Origin: Mobula birostris | Taxonomy: Eukaryota | Direction of reading: 5' to 3' | Assembly (NCBI RefSeq): GCF_030028105.1 | Contig: NC_092372.1 | Coordinates: forward strand, 172,242,058 to 172,306,057 | Length of the DNA: 64,000 bases | In this document: positions 50,641 to 62,763 of the stretch, piece after piece | How the letters are laid out: every line of letters starts with the position of its first letter | Position numbering within the stretch: the stretch's first letter is position 1 | Notes under the pieces: model-generated | What the model was told of the DNA's origin: nothing | The model's input: the letters and a program-made list of their open reading frames with translations, nothing else | The model's database searches: none | Position numbers and translations under genes: made by a program

Positions 50641-50949
50641 AAAATGGGTAATTCTTGACTTCATTATACATAAGAAAGAATTCAGCCCTAGTCCTAAACT
50701 CTAGGCTGCTCTTAGTTGAACAAGGGACTGAGTCTGCTGCTAGAACATAGATTTCCTCCTGCGTAGAGTAGTCAAGGTACACCAGCATAATAGTCACCGA
50801 CACAGGAAAGCTACAGAGTTAAGACAGATTGCTGTGGTCAGGGTTGCGTCCTGCACAAGGTTGGCGTGGTCTGTATTCTTTTCTGCATGAGGATGGTGTG
50901 GTCCAGATCAGGTCCCACAGGAAAATTCAGTAAGTGTGCTATTAAAAAA

Positions 50950-52350
50950 ATTGTGATTTTGAAATGTGTGTGCATACAAGCGTGTGTGTCAGTCCCTGGT
51001 TGTGCATGCATGAATGGTACCGTGTAAGTCTCCTGCTCCAAACCTCTAAAGGACTTTGGCAGTGTGCATGTTTGCACATTATGGACCAGAAAGCATTAAG
51101 TATGTTGAGAAGCATATTGTTCAGGTGGAACGAACTAAGTGAGTATCTGCTGTTGTGCTGCCAGAGAAAGGAAAAGGTGAGAAGACTGTAGGGTGGCCTG
51201 TGATGCTCAATATTGATGTGAAATGCTAAAACAGTTAGATGGATCCTGTAAAAAAGTAGTGAAGGTGAACTAAAGATAGAGAAAGAAAAGGCACAGAAAG
51301 AACAAGCAAAGAATAATAGTGTCAGAAAAGAAACAATTAGCACTAAAGTCTGAGGATGAACTAGATGTATTCCCAAGCAGGGTTTCAAGAAGACCCATTT
51401 CAAGTATCCAAGTGGAACCTCTTGAGTACTCAGTAAGACCGGTGGCAGCAGTTCTCAACAACACTATAGGAGACGGAGGTGGAGGGGTGCAGAGAGGATG
51501 AGCAATATGTTGATTTAAATGCACCTTGAACTGATCGAGAAGGAGCTCTAAGAAAATTTTTCCCTCACACTGTAGATTGGCATTTTTAAAAGTGTCAGAT
51601 TGAAGACAATGATGTTAATAAATACTGTATTAATGTTCTCAAAAGTATTCCAGATTAACTCTAGAAGCGGGGATGCCAACCTTAATACATTTTATTGTAA
51701 ATAAATTGCAACCTAGATAAGAGGAAAACATATACTGTTACTTGCAGTGAAATGAGAGAGTTGAGTATAATTGCGAAGGTTTTATAATATTGCCAAAAGT
51801 AATTATAACAAAGGATTAACGCTGTCATGGGGAATGAGGACAATACTTGTGAGACTTCCTGGCTGCTCCACTATAGCCTCTGGACAATATTGCCCATTGC
51901 TTTAAAAGTATTGCAATAGCTGTCCCATACTACTTAAATGTTATTTTAACTTATAGTTTTGTTTTATATTTAACCAAATTGACATTGATCAAATTTTGGC
52001 TAATCATTAGCACATTAACTTCTGATTAAAATATCACAGTAAGCTTCAGTTTTAACATTACCTGCTTTATACACGTATGGCTCATGTGATCCAATTGTGA
52101 CTGGTAGTTTTTGTCTTGAACAGCACAGTTCAGATAATACTATTCTAAATATATGGGTTTTACAGTTCTTTGATACAACAAATATGGAAATTGGATGGAG
52201 GACGCAGCAGTGGTAAACATTGGCATGTCTGCAACGGCAATGTTTTTGTTTGCCAAAAGCTTGGCCACTAGGCTTGAAGGTACCGTTGGGCCAAGGCCAC
52301 CAATAACAACTTCTGCCTCCACCACCACAAGCGTCACAGACTACGCAGTT
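50950..52350 (+). pseudogene. gag: ERV gag remnant (MA, CA-MHR, NC zinc knuckle)
   Basis: GWPVMLNIDVKC (~51190, MA WPxxGxxD-like). TVDWHF*KCQIEDNDVNKYC (~51570, MHR-like). FVCQKLGH*A*RYR (~52243-52285), a decayed C-X2-C-X4-H-X4-C with TAG/TGA/TAC from TGG/CGA/TGC. Confidence 0.65.
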
Positions 52351-52459
52351 TACTTGAAATAATCCATTCCCAAACTGTCCTTAAGAACTTGTATGATTTT
52401 GCAGTAATTCTGCCTGTTATAAAATGACACCTGATGTAAGCCAGCACGTAATTTTTCCT

Positions 52460-53040
52460 TGATGGCTTTGCCTCCCGATCTAAACTGGGAAGAAAATTTA
52501 AACATTATATGTGTGTCTGCATGTCATAGAGAAGCTTAGGTGATACAGCTACCTTCCTGTTCTGCTCAAGCCGCTGAACCTTTTTTTGCGTTAACAAAAG
52601 CCTGCATTCTTATAGCCAGTGCTGCTGTAAATATTTATACTGAATCGTGTTATGTCTTAGGAGCTGCACATGATAATGGACAATTATAGAAAGTACATGG
52701 GTTTCTCATCTCTTCAGAGCTCCGATAAAACATGGTGAACCAACTGTGAACTTTTACCAACTCTTCAATTACTTATTGCAATTGCTGTTATAAACTACAT
52801 GGCACATCCTAACGGGAATGATGAAATAACCAAAAGGAACAAAGGAGCTGACTCCTTTGCTAACTCAGCAACAGCAGATCTTTATGGCCACAGAGCATTA
52901 AGTGTGATCCAGCTGCCAATACTTTCCAAATTCTCTGATGAATTAGTACAATTACAGCGAGATACTACAGCAGCTGAAGAGACTTTATGGACTAAAGCAC
53001 GCTATGTGCAAGACTATAAAGGACGATGGGTATAATCGAA
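52460..53040 (+). pseudogene. pol: ERV pol: RNase H and start of integrase
   Basis: FFLDGFASR (~52463). SAQAAE...ALTKACIL...VNIYTESCYVLGAAHDNGQL (52561-52690). AHPNGNDEITKRNKGADSFA (52802 onward). All match gamma/epsilon retroviral RNase H motifs (SAQxAELxAL, NIYTDSRY, GNxxAD). Confidence 0.88.
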
Positions 53041-53229
53041 AATGAGAGATTCTTGACCATAGCAAGTAAAGTAACAGCAACGGTGTGATTTGCCAGAGAC
53101 GTAATCCCGAAAGACTCCGCTGGCTCTCCCCCAGGAGGTTTATTTATACATCTCCATTTACCTAAATGTATGGGTTGTGATTATGCATCTGTTATTTTGT
53201 TTGTTATCATCATGGGTAAAAGCTTATCC

Positions 53230-53620
53230 AACTCAGAGAAATGAGCTGATAAAGCACTGGTGACACCTCACTTGGAGTATAGTGAGTAGTTTTAGGCCTC
53301 TTATCTTAGAAAAGATGTGCTGACACTGGAGATGGTTCAAAAGAGGTAGAGTAAATGATTCTAGATTGAATCCCATCATATGAAGAGTAGCACACACAAA
53401 ATGCTGGTGGAACGCATCTATAAGAAGAGGTACAGTCGACGTTTCGGGCCGAGACCCTTCGTCAAGACCCTTCAAAGTATGAAGCGTGTTTAATGGCTTT
53501 GGGCCTGTATTCACCAGAATTCAGAAAAATGAGGGGTGACCTCATTGAAAGCTATCAAGTAGTGAAAGGCCTTGATAGAGTGGAGAGGGGAGGATGTTTC
53601 CTATGGTGGGAGAGTCAAAC
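53230..53620 (+). mobile_element. CR1 3' fragment containing a Penelope terminal piece (~53390-53470, minus strand)
   Basis: gcactggtgacacctcacttggagtat (ALVTPHLEY). gtacagtcgacgtttcgggccgagacccttcgtc is the reverse complement of the Penelope hammerhead end. Confidence 0.8.
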
Positions 53621-53621
53621 A

Positions 53622-54050
53622 CAACTGTTGATCGTTTTTAGACCATAACTGCTGATAATTTTTAACTATGAGAGTTTATTCCCAGGGTTTGGCATTCCCA
53701 GGAAATTCTCAAGTGATAATGGTCCTCACCTTGAGCTTCCCAGTCACTTCCCCCTTTTTAATCAAATAGACTGACATCCATATTATGAGTGAAAGCCTGT
53801 GCACTGTTGTATAGCACCAACACAAGCTCTTAAAGATTTCCATCAACAGGTACTTAAAGCCAGGAAGGACGTGCTGGCTGCAGAGTACCACAACTACCAG
53901 CCAGGAGATTGGGTGCTCGTGATAGCCTACTGATGAAAGAACTGCCTAGAACCCACTGGGAAGACCCATTCCAAGTGTTGCTGACCACAAATATTGCTTT
54001 AAAGGTCCAAGGAAAGCCCACGTGAATACATGTACCGAAGATTAAGATGG
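53622..54050 (+). pseudogene. pol: ERV integrase remnant (core and GPY/F C-terminal module)
   Basis: VDRF (~53626). EFIPR/FGIPRKFSSDNGPH (53672-53729). HNYQPGDWVLV...HWEDPFQVLLTTNIALKVQGKPT*IHV (53889-54035). Confidence 0.88.
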
Positions 54051-54099
54051 ACAGAAGAACGTTGATGATAAGGATGGATGGACTGAATTCTTGGTTTTT

Positions 54100-55393
54100 A
54101 CCACATCATGAAGACCCTGGAGAGACTTGTTCTGGAGCTGCTCCAGCCTATGGTTAGACCACACTTAAGATCCCCTCCAGTTCGCCTACCAGCCCCGACT
54201 AGGAGTTGAGGATGCCATCGTCTACCTGCTGAACCGTGCCTACGCCCACCTGGACAAGCCAGCGAGCACTGTGAGGGTCATGTTTTTTGACTTCTCCAGT
54301 GTGTTCAACACCATCCACCCTGCTCTGCTGGGAGAGAAGCTGACAGCGATGCAGGTGGATGCTTCCCTGGTATCATGGATTCTTGATTACCTGACTGGCA
54401 GACCACAGTACGTGTGCTTGCAACACTGTGTGTCCGACAGAGTGATCAGCAGCACTGGGGCTCCACAGGGGACTGTCTTGTCTCCCTTCCTCTTCACCAT
54501 TTACACCTCGGACTTCAACTACTGCACAGAGTCTTGTCATCTTCAGAAGTTTTCTGATGACTCTGCCATAGTTGGATGCATCAGCAAGGGATATGAGGCT
54601 GAGTACAGGGCTACGGTAGGAAACCTTGTCACATGGTGTGAGCAGAATTATCTGCAGCTTAATGTGAAAAAGACTAAGGACCTGGTGGTAGGCCTGAGGA
54701 GAGCTAAGGTACCGGCGACCCCTGTTTCCATCCAGGGGGTCAGTGTGGACATGGTGGAGGATTACAAGTACCTGGGAATACGAATTGACAATAAACTGGA
54801 CTGGTCAAAAAACACTGAGGCTGTCTACAAGAAAGGTCAGAGCCTTCTCTATTTCCTGAGGAGACTGAGGTCCTTTAACATCTGTCCGACGATGCTGAGG
54901 ATGTTCTACGAGTCTGTGGTGGCCAGTGCTATCATGTTTGCTGTTGTGTGCTGGGGCAGCAGGCTGAGGGTAGCAGACACCAACAGAATCAACAAACTCA
55001 TTCATAAGGCCAGTGATGTTGTGGGGATGGAACTGGACTCTCTGACGGTGGTGTCTGAAAAGAGGATGCTGTCCAAGTTGCATGCCATCTTGGACAATGT
55101 CTCCCATCCACTACATAATGGACTGGTTGGGCACAGGAGTACATTCAGTCAGAGACTCATTCCACCAAGATGCAACACTGAGCAGTCATAGGAAGTCATT
55201 CCTGCCTGTGGCCATCAACTCCTCCCTTGGACACCCTGAGCCAATAGGTTGGTCCTGGACATATTTCCTGGCATAATTTACATATTACTATCTAATTATT
55301 TATGGTTTTATTACTATTTAATTATTTATGGTGCCACTGTAATGAAAACCAACTTCCCTCGGGATCAATAAAGTTTGACTATGACTATGACTA
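54100..55393 (+). mobile_element. Rex1/Babar LINE, 5'-truncated, largely open RT
   Basis: ORF 54271-55191: FFDFSSVFNTI, STGAPQGTVLSPFLFTIYTSD, QKFSDDSAI, YKYLG. Tail caataaagtttgactatgactatgactat. Confidence 0.93.
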
Positions 55394-55409
55394 TTTGCCA
55401 CCTTAAGTA

Positions 55410-55721
55410 ATCACTATAGGCATCCGTTAGTCTCATGAGACCATGGATCTGCGCCTTGGAAGGTTTCCAGGGCGCAGGCCTGGGGGAGGTTGTATGGAAG
55501 ACCGGCAGTTGCCAATGCTGTAAGTCTCCCCTCTCCACGCCACCGATGTTGTCCAAGGGAAGGGCACTAGGGCCGATACAGCTTGGCAGAAGTGTCGTCG
55601 CAGAGCAACATGTGGTTAAGTGCCTTGCTCAAGGACACAACACGCTGCCTCAGTTGGGGCTCGAACTAGCGACCTGCAGACCAGTAGACCAACGCCTTAA
55701 CTACTTGGCCACGCACCAACA
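55410..55721 (-). mobile_element. tRNA-derived SINE
   Basis: Minus strand begins gtgttggtgcgTGGCCAAGTAGttaaggcg... with B-box GTTCGAGCC, then the GTGTCCTTGAGCAAGGCACTTAACC body motif common in fish SINEs. Confidence 0.8.
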
Positions 55722-55950
55722 CAGTAATCACTGTGCATTATGTGTTTTGGGTAACGTGGACAACTACAAATGTTTGTATTTTCCGCCTAAATGCGTTAGT
55801 ATCACTAAGACTCCTAACACTTTTCTCCATCTTATTTATGAAAATGCATTGCATACTAAGCAATCAGGTTGTTGTGTGTGCTTTGGAGAGGAACTATATA
55901 TTCAGAAAGTGGCTTGCCAATGTGTTTATAATGAGTTTGATTCAATGTTT
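55722..55950 (+). pseudogene. env: ERV env, SU N-terminal remnant
   Basis: In-frame NTFLHLIYENALHTKQSGCCVC resembles the class I SU motif N.F...A..LN.SNCWVC (CxxC). Confidence 0.6.
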
Positions 55951-55951
55951 T

Positions 55952-58940
55952 AAGACCATAAGATACAGGAGCAGTACTAGGCCATTTCATCACGGCCAAT
56001 CCAATTTTTCTCCCAGACCCAATCTCCTGGTGTTTCCACCCACCCCCCCCCTCACCCTGTATCACTTCATGCCCTGACCAATCAGATATATATCAACATC
56101 TGCCTTAAATATATATTGACTTGGCCTCCACAGCTGCCTATGACAAAGAATTCCACAGAACCACCACTCTCTGGCTAAAGAAAATCTTCCTCATCTCTGT
56201 TCCAAAAGGACACCCCTCGATCCTGAGGCTCTGTCCTCTGGTCTAAGATTGTCCCACCGTAGGAAACATCCTCTCCACATCCACTCCATCAAGACCTTTC
56301 AGTATTTGATAACTTTCAATGAAGTCACCCTTCATTCTTCTCAATTCCAGTGAATGCAGGCCAAGAACCATCACACACTTCATATGACAAGCCATTCAAT
56401 CCTGGAATCATTTTTGTGTAGTGCCTTTGAACCACCTCCAGTTTCGGCACATCCTCTCTAAGATAAAGGGCCCAAAATTGCTCGCAATATTCCAAGTGAG
56501 GCCTCACCACTGATTTAAAAAGTCACAACATTACGTACTTGCTTTTAAATTCTAGCCCTCATGAAATGAATGCTAACTTTGTATTTGCTTTCCTCACCAC
56601 AGACTCAGCCTGCAAATTAACTTTGAGGGAATCCTGCACAAGGACTCCCAATTCCATTTGAGCCTCAGTTTTTTGTATCTTCTCTCCATTTGGAAAATGG
56701 TCAACCTTTACATTTCAAATACCAAAGTGCATGACCATACATTTCCTGACACTGTATTCCATCTGCCATTTCTTTGCCCATTCTCCTAACCTGTATAAGT
56801 CCTTCTGTAGCCTCACTACTTCCTCAAAATTACCTGTCCACCTATCTTCATTTCATCTGCACATTTTTCAACAAAGCCATCAATTCCATCATCCAAATCA
56901 CTGACATATACAGTAACATAAAAAGAATTAGTCCCAACACTGACCCCTGTGGAACACCACTAGTCACTAGCAGCCAGCCAGAAAAGGCTCTCTTTATTTC
57001 CACTCTATGCCTTCTGCCAATCAGCCACTGCTTTATCCATGCTCGAATCTTTCCTGGTTATTTCTTCAAAGAATTCCAACAGATTTGTCAGTCAAGATGT
57101 TCGATTGAGGAAACCATGCTGAGTATAGCCCATTTTATCATGTGCCTCCAAGTACACCGAGATCTCATCCGTAATAATAATCGACTCCACTGAGGTCAGA
57201 CTAACTGGCCTATAGTTTCCTTTCTTTGCCTCTCTTCTTTCTTGGGACATTTGCAATTTTCCAGTTTTCAGGAAACATGCCAGAATCTACTGAATCTTGA
57301 AAGATCATTACTAATTCCTCCATGATCTCTTCAGCCACCTCTTTCAGAACTCCAGGAGGTACACCATCTGGTCCAGGTAACTTATCTACCTTCAGACCTT
57401 TCAGTTTCCCAAGAACCTTCTCTCTAGTTATGGTAACTTCACACACTTCATGACTACTGACACTTGGAACTTCCACCATACTGCTAGTGTCTTCCACCCT
57501 GAAGACTGATGCAAAATGCTTATTCAGTTTGTCCACCTTTCCTTGTCCCCATTATTACCTCTGCAGCATTATTTTCCAGCAGTCCGATATCCACCCTTGC
57601 CTCTCTTTCACACTTTATGTAACTGAAAAAATTCTTGGTAGTCTCTTTAATGTTATTGGCTAGCTTACTTTCGTATTCCATCTTCATCTTCTTATTTGTG
57701 CGTGTTGCTCGGATTTCCAGCATATGCAGATTTTCTCTTGTTTGTAATGACTTTTTAGTTGCCTTCTGTTGTTCTTTAAAAGCTTCCGAATCCTCTAAAT
57801 TCCCACTAATTTTTGCTCTATTATATGCCTTCTCTTTGGCTTTTATGTTGGCTTTGGCTTCTCTTGTTAGCCATGGTTGCATCATCCTTCCTTTAGAAAA
57901 CGTCTTCCTCTTTGGGCTGTATATATCTTGTGCCGTCCACATTGGTTCCAGAAAATCCAGCCATTGCTGGTCTGCCATCAACCCTGCCAGTGTTCTTTTC
58001 CAATCAATTTTTGCCAACTCCTTTCTCATGCTTCTGTAATTCCCTTTTCTCTACTGATACATCTGACTTCAGCTTCTCCTTCTCAAATTTCAGGGTGGAT
58101 TCGATCATATTATGATCATTTCCCCAAAGGGCTCTTTTAACTTAAACTCACTAACCAATTCTGGTTCATTGCACAGGATAGCAGATCCTCTAGTGGGCTC
58201 AATCACGAGCTGCTTTATAAGGCCATCTCGTAGAAACTCTAGAAATTCCTCCTCTTGGAACCCAGCACCAACCTGATTTTCCCAATCTATCTGCACATTG
58301 AAATCCCCAGGACTATTGTAACATTGCCCTTTTGGCATACATTTTTTTATCTCCCGTGGTAATTTGTAGAACACATCCTTCCTACTGATTGGGGTTCTGT
58401 ACAGAACTCCTGTCAGGGTATTTTTTTACTCTTGCAGTTCCTTAGCTCAATCCACAATGATTCATCAACTTCCAACCTATGTCACCTCCTTCTAATGATT
58501 TGATTTTGTTTATTTCCAAGAGAACAACACTCTCCCCTCTGCCTTCCTCCCTGACCTTTTGATACAATGTGTATCCTTAGACATTAAGCTGCCAGCTGTA
58601 ATCATCTTTCAGCCATCATTCAGTGATGCCTGTAACATCATACCAGCTAATGTGCAACTGGGCTGCCAGTTCATCTACCTTATTCTGTATACTGCGCGCA
58701 TTCAAACACAACACCTTCAGTGCTGTATTCACCCTTTTCGATTTTGTCCACCTTTTATGTTGCAACTCACCCTGCTGACGGCAACTTTGCCCTACCTTCT
58801 CCTCACTACACATTGCCTCTGCTTGAAAACCTGCTACCTCATCTTCAGCACTATTATCCGCCTTTCCTATGATGCTTCTTGCAGTGAAATATGCGCAGCT
58901 CAGGACACTAGTCACACCATGCTCATCCTATTCATTCCTA
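55952..58940 (-). mobile_element. CR1 LINE with internal deletions (endonuclease start to 3' tail) and a short Penelope end at ~57695-57745
   Basis: LKVLCLNARSIQNKVDEL...GITE (58616-58915), PGPDGVPPGVLKE (57210-57536), RPHLEYCEQFW (56325-56510). Tail taagaccataagatac. Confidence 0.92.
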
Positions 58941-60024
58941 AACACGAGGAATTCCACAGATGCTGGAAATTCAAGCAACACAAATCAAAGTTGCTGGTGA
59001 ACGCAGCAGGCCAGGCAGCATCTCTAGGAAGAGGTACAGTCGACGTTTTGGGCCGAGACCCTTCGTCAGGACTAACTGAAGGAAAAGCTAGTAAGAGATT
59101 TGAAAGTGGGGGGGGAGGGGGAGATCCAAAATGATAGGAGAAGACAGGAGGGGGAGGGATGGAGCCAAGAACTGGACAGGTGATTGGCAAAAGGGATATG
59201 AGAGGATCATGGGACAGGAGGCCCAGGGAGAAGGAAAAGGGGGAGGGGGGGAAAATCCCAGAGGATGGGCAAGGGGTATAGTCAGAGGGACAGAAGGAGA
59301 AAAAGGAGACTGAGAGAAAGAATGTGTGTATATAAATAAATAACGGATGGTGTACGAGTGGGAAGTGGGGCATTAGCAGAAGTTAGAGAAGTCAATGTTC
59401 ATGCCATCAGGTTGGAGGCTACCCAGACGGAATAAAAGGTGTTGTTCCTCCAACCTGAGTGTGGCTTCATCTTTACAGTAGAAGAGGCTGTGGATAGACA
59501 TGTCAGAATGGGAATGGGATGTGGAATTAAAATGTGTGGCCACTGGGAGATCCTGCTTTCTCTGGCGGACAGAGCGTAGGTGTTCAGCAAAGCGGTCTCC
59601 CATTCTGCATCGGGTCTCGCCAATATATAGAAGGCCACATCGGGAGCATCAGACGCAGTATATCACCACAGCTGACTCACAGGTGAAGTTTCGCCTCACC
59701 TGGAAGGACTGTCTGGGGCCCTGAATGGTGGTAAGGGAGGAAGTGTAAGGGCATGTGTAGCACTTGTTCCGCTTACAAGGATAGGTGCCAGGAGGGAGAT
59801 CAGTGGGGAGGGATGGGGGGAATGAATGGACAAGGGAGTCACGTAGGGAGCGATCCCTATGGAAAGCAGGGGGGTGGGGAGGGAAAGCTGTGCTTAGTGG
59901 TGGGATCCCGTTGGAGGTGGCGGAAGTTACGGAGAATAATATGTTGAACCCGGAGGCTGGTGGGGTGGTAGGTGAGGACCAGGGAAACCCTATTCCTAGT
60001 GGGGTGGCGGGAGGATGGAGTGAG
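58941..60024 (-). mobile_element. Penelope-like element, 5'-truncated, same family as 37965-39448
   Basis: ORF 59373-59603 RFAEHLRSVRQRKQDLPVATHFN, nearly identical to 38697-39023. Hammerhead terminus at 59038-59073 with GAAA mutated to AAAA. Confidence 0.93.
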
Positions 60025-60039
60025 GTGGGGTGGTAGGTG

Positions 60040-61413
60040 GTAGCTTCCCAATCGTCCAAATTCACACTCCCTTTTGCTACCTTATATGCCCTTTCCTTGG
60101 CTTTTATGCAGCCCTTAACTTCCTTTGTCAGCCACAGTTGCCTACCCCTGTCAATTGAGAGCAATTTCTTCAGTTCTATCCCTTGTGAATTATTCCCAGA
60201 AACTTCAGCCAGCTCTGCTCTGCCATCAGCCCCACCAGTATCCTCCTCCAATCCACCTGGGCAAGCTCCTCTCTCATGCCTCTGTAATTCCCTTTTATTC
60301 CATTGCAATACTGATACATATGAGTTATGCTTCTCCCTCTCAAGTTGCAGTATGAATTAAATCATATTATGATCACTGCCTCCTAAGGGTTCCTTTACAT
60401 TAAGTTCCCTAATAAGATCTGAGCTATTACACAACACCCAATCTAAGGCAGTCTTTCCTCGAGTAGGCTCAGACACACGCTGCTCTAAAATGCCATCTTG
60501 GAGACATCCCTCATCTGTTCCCCTATCACCACAGTATGCCTTTTCTCCCCCTCTTCCTTTCTGAGTTCCAAAGGCAGACCCAGTGACAGAGACTCACCCA
60601 TTATGATTTTCCTTGATTAGGTCATTCCCCCGACTGTATCCAAAGTGATAAACCTGTTGTTGAACGGGATGGCTACAGTGATACTCTGCACTGGCTCCTT
60701 AACTCTTTTCCTCTTCCTGACTGTCACCCAGTTTCCTGTGTTCTGCACCTTGGGTATAACTACCTCTCTATATGTCCTATCTATCACCCCCTCAGCCTCT
60801 CAAATGATCCGGAGTTCATCCAGTTCCAGTTCCAGCTCCAACTCCTCAATGCGGATTGTTAGAAGCTGCAGCTGGATGTACTTCTTGCAGTTGTAGTCAT
60901 CAGGGACACTGGAGGTCTCCGTGCCTTCCCTCATCCCACAAGAGGAACATTCAACTCTCCAGCCTGGCATTTATACTGTCCTAGCTGAGCAGGTATAAAG
61001 AAGAGAAGGAAAAAACTGGAGCTTTTCTTTTCTTTGCTTTCTCTGAGTGAAACCTCTCTTTTTGGAAGCCTCGATGAGCTAAAGCCTCAAGATCACCACT
61101 CTGACTCTGCCCACTCAGATGATCGCCGCTGCACTTGCCCCTGCCTTCCTTTAATTTGCTCTTGCTAATCAATCCCAAATGCCGATTGGTCACTGGTCAA
61201 AGATCTTTCTCGCTGTACTGACCCACTGCTGCCTTTTATCCTCGGGCAGTGGACCTGAGTGAAGTCCCCTCCTCTCAAATCTCCTGATGTCCGGGTAGTC
61301 CGTTGGTCAAAGCTCTTTTCCACTGCTGCCTTTTATCTTCGGGCAGTGGACCTGAGTGAAGTCCCCTCTTTTCAAAACTTCTGATGTCCAGATTGGTGGC
61401 TGGTCAAAGCTCT
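60040..61413 (-). mobile_element. CR1 LINE 5' portion (5' UTR, ORF1 remnant, endonuclease fragment)
   Basis: QLWLTKEVKGCIKAKERAYK linker at ~60060-60140. ORF1-like segment ~60640-60980. Tandem repeats at 61190-61413. Confidence 0.75.
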
Positions 61414-61599
61414 ATTCTTTTTACTTTGATAACAAAACTAAAACTGTACCATCCATAGGAATGACTCTTACCAATACAACTGCTTTGAAAGTTGTACAAA
61501 CTTCTATACTTAAAACTATTGCATAAACACCATCCCCCATTCCAAAGACTTTAAGTACCTGTTCTGGGATAGGTATATATTACTGTAACCATACTCAAA

Positions 61600-62142
61600 A
61601 AATTCTATAGATGCACCATGGAGAGCATTTTGACAGGCGGCATCACTGTCTGGTATCGGGCGGGGGGGATGCTGCTACTGCACAGGACCAAAAGAAGCTG
61701 CAGAGGGTTATAATTTTAGTGATTTCCATCTCGGGTACTAGCCTACAAAGTAGCCAGGACATCTTCAAGGAGCAGTGTCTCAGAAAGGCAGTGTTCATTA
61801 TTAAGGACCTCCAAGCACCCAGGGCATGCCCTTTTCTCACTGTTACCAGCAAGTAGGAGGCACCGAAGCCTGAAGGCTCACACTCAGTGTTTCATGAACA
61901 GCTTCTTCCCCTCCTCCCCTCTGCCATCCGATTCCTAAATGGCCATTGAACCCGTGAACACTGCCTCACTCTTTTAATATATATTATTTCTGCTTTTTCC
62001 ACAAGTTTTAATCTATTGAATATACGTATACTGTAATTTATTTATTTATTATTATTTTCCTTTTATATTATGTATTGCGTAACAAATTAACAAATTTCAT
62101 GGCACATGCTGGTAATAATAAACCTGATTCTGATTCTGATTC
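61600..62142 (+). mobile_element. Rex1-type LINE 3' fragment inside env
   Basis: tatagatgcaccatggagagcattttgacagg (YRCTMESILTG). Tail aaacctgattctgattctgattct. Confidence 0.82.
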
Positions 62143-62149
62143 TTATTCA

Positions 62150-62750
62150 AGGGACAGGACTGCACTTGGGTCACAGTACATGAAATATCTATACTTCAGG
62201 TGACTCCTGAATCTCATTAACAGTACTTACCGGGCTGCCAGGAGTACCCTTTTTAAAATGGGATGTTTGGCTGATGCTAATCCATGGAAGGGTTATAGTA
62301 ATCTGGCCTACGTAGTACCATAGATGTACCATCTGCTCTCTCTCTCTCTCTCTCTCTACATCCTACTGTATGGGGCTGCCATTGAAGGACTATCGAGATT
62401 GAGCAAATCTGGATTGTAGTGGTTATGTTCTAGGGACCTACCAAACTGGTTTATGAAAGCATTAACGTGGCCTCAGCACCGCTGGGGAAATTGGCTAATG
62501 TTACACCTTAGCACGACCTGACACAAGCCAAGCCATCAATGACATTACCTGGGAATTGCTGGGAATTCACAATGCGGCCCTTCAAAATTCACTAGCACTA
62601 GACCTTCTGTTATCTGAGAGGTGGAACATGTGCCATTATTAGCACATATGTCACTGATATCAACAGCCCACTCTCTCTGAAACTGCCACGGAGGTTCAGA
62701 GACTCAGTGCTATTGAAAGTCAGTAAGATTTATGTCGTCCTCTAAAGGAC
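62150..62750 (+). pseudogene. env: ERV env, SU C-terminus and TM ectodomain remnant
   Basis: PWKGYSNLAYVVP (62282-62320). DTSQAINDITWELLGIHNAALQNSLALDLLLSE/GGTCAII...TYVTD (62520-62660) is heptad + immunosuppressive domain + partial CX6CC of a gamma-type Env. Confidence 0.88.
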
Positions 62751-62761
62751 AAAGAGGAGGG
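62751..62761 (+). promoter_or_regulatory. Polypurine tract of the ERV
   Basis: AAAGAGGAGGG, two bases before the 3' LTR start TGTACAAGTTGC. Confidence 0.8.
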
Positions 62762-62763
62762 TG

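Noticed and set aside
50862-50871. TGGCGTGGTC as a tRNA-Ser PBS for the ERV
   Set aside because: It resembles TGGCGTAGTC but lies ~220 bp after the LTR end inferred from the solo LTR and inverted termini (50640). The TGG at 50645 matches no tRNA I can identify, so the PBS is left uncalled.
52140-52337. Minus-strand ORF MTLVVVEAEVVIGGLGPTVPSS... looked like a host exon
   Set aside because: It is the antisense shadow of the ERV gag NC/Pro-rich region on +. No convincing splice context or known protein match.
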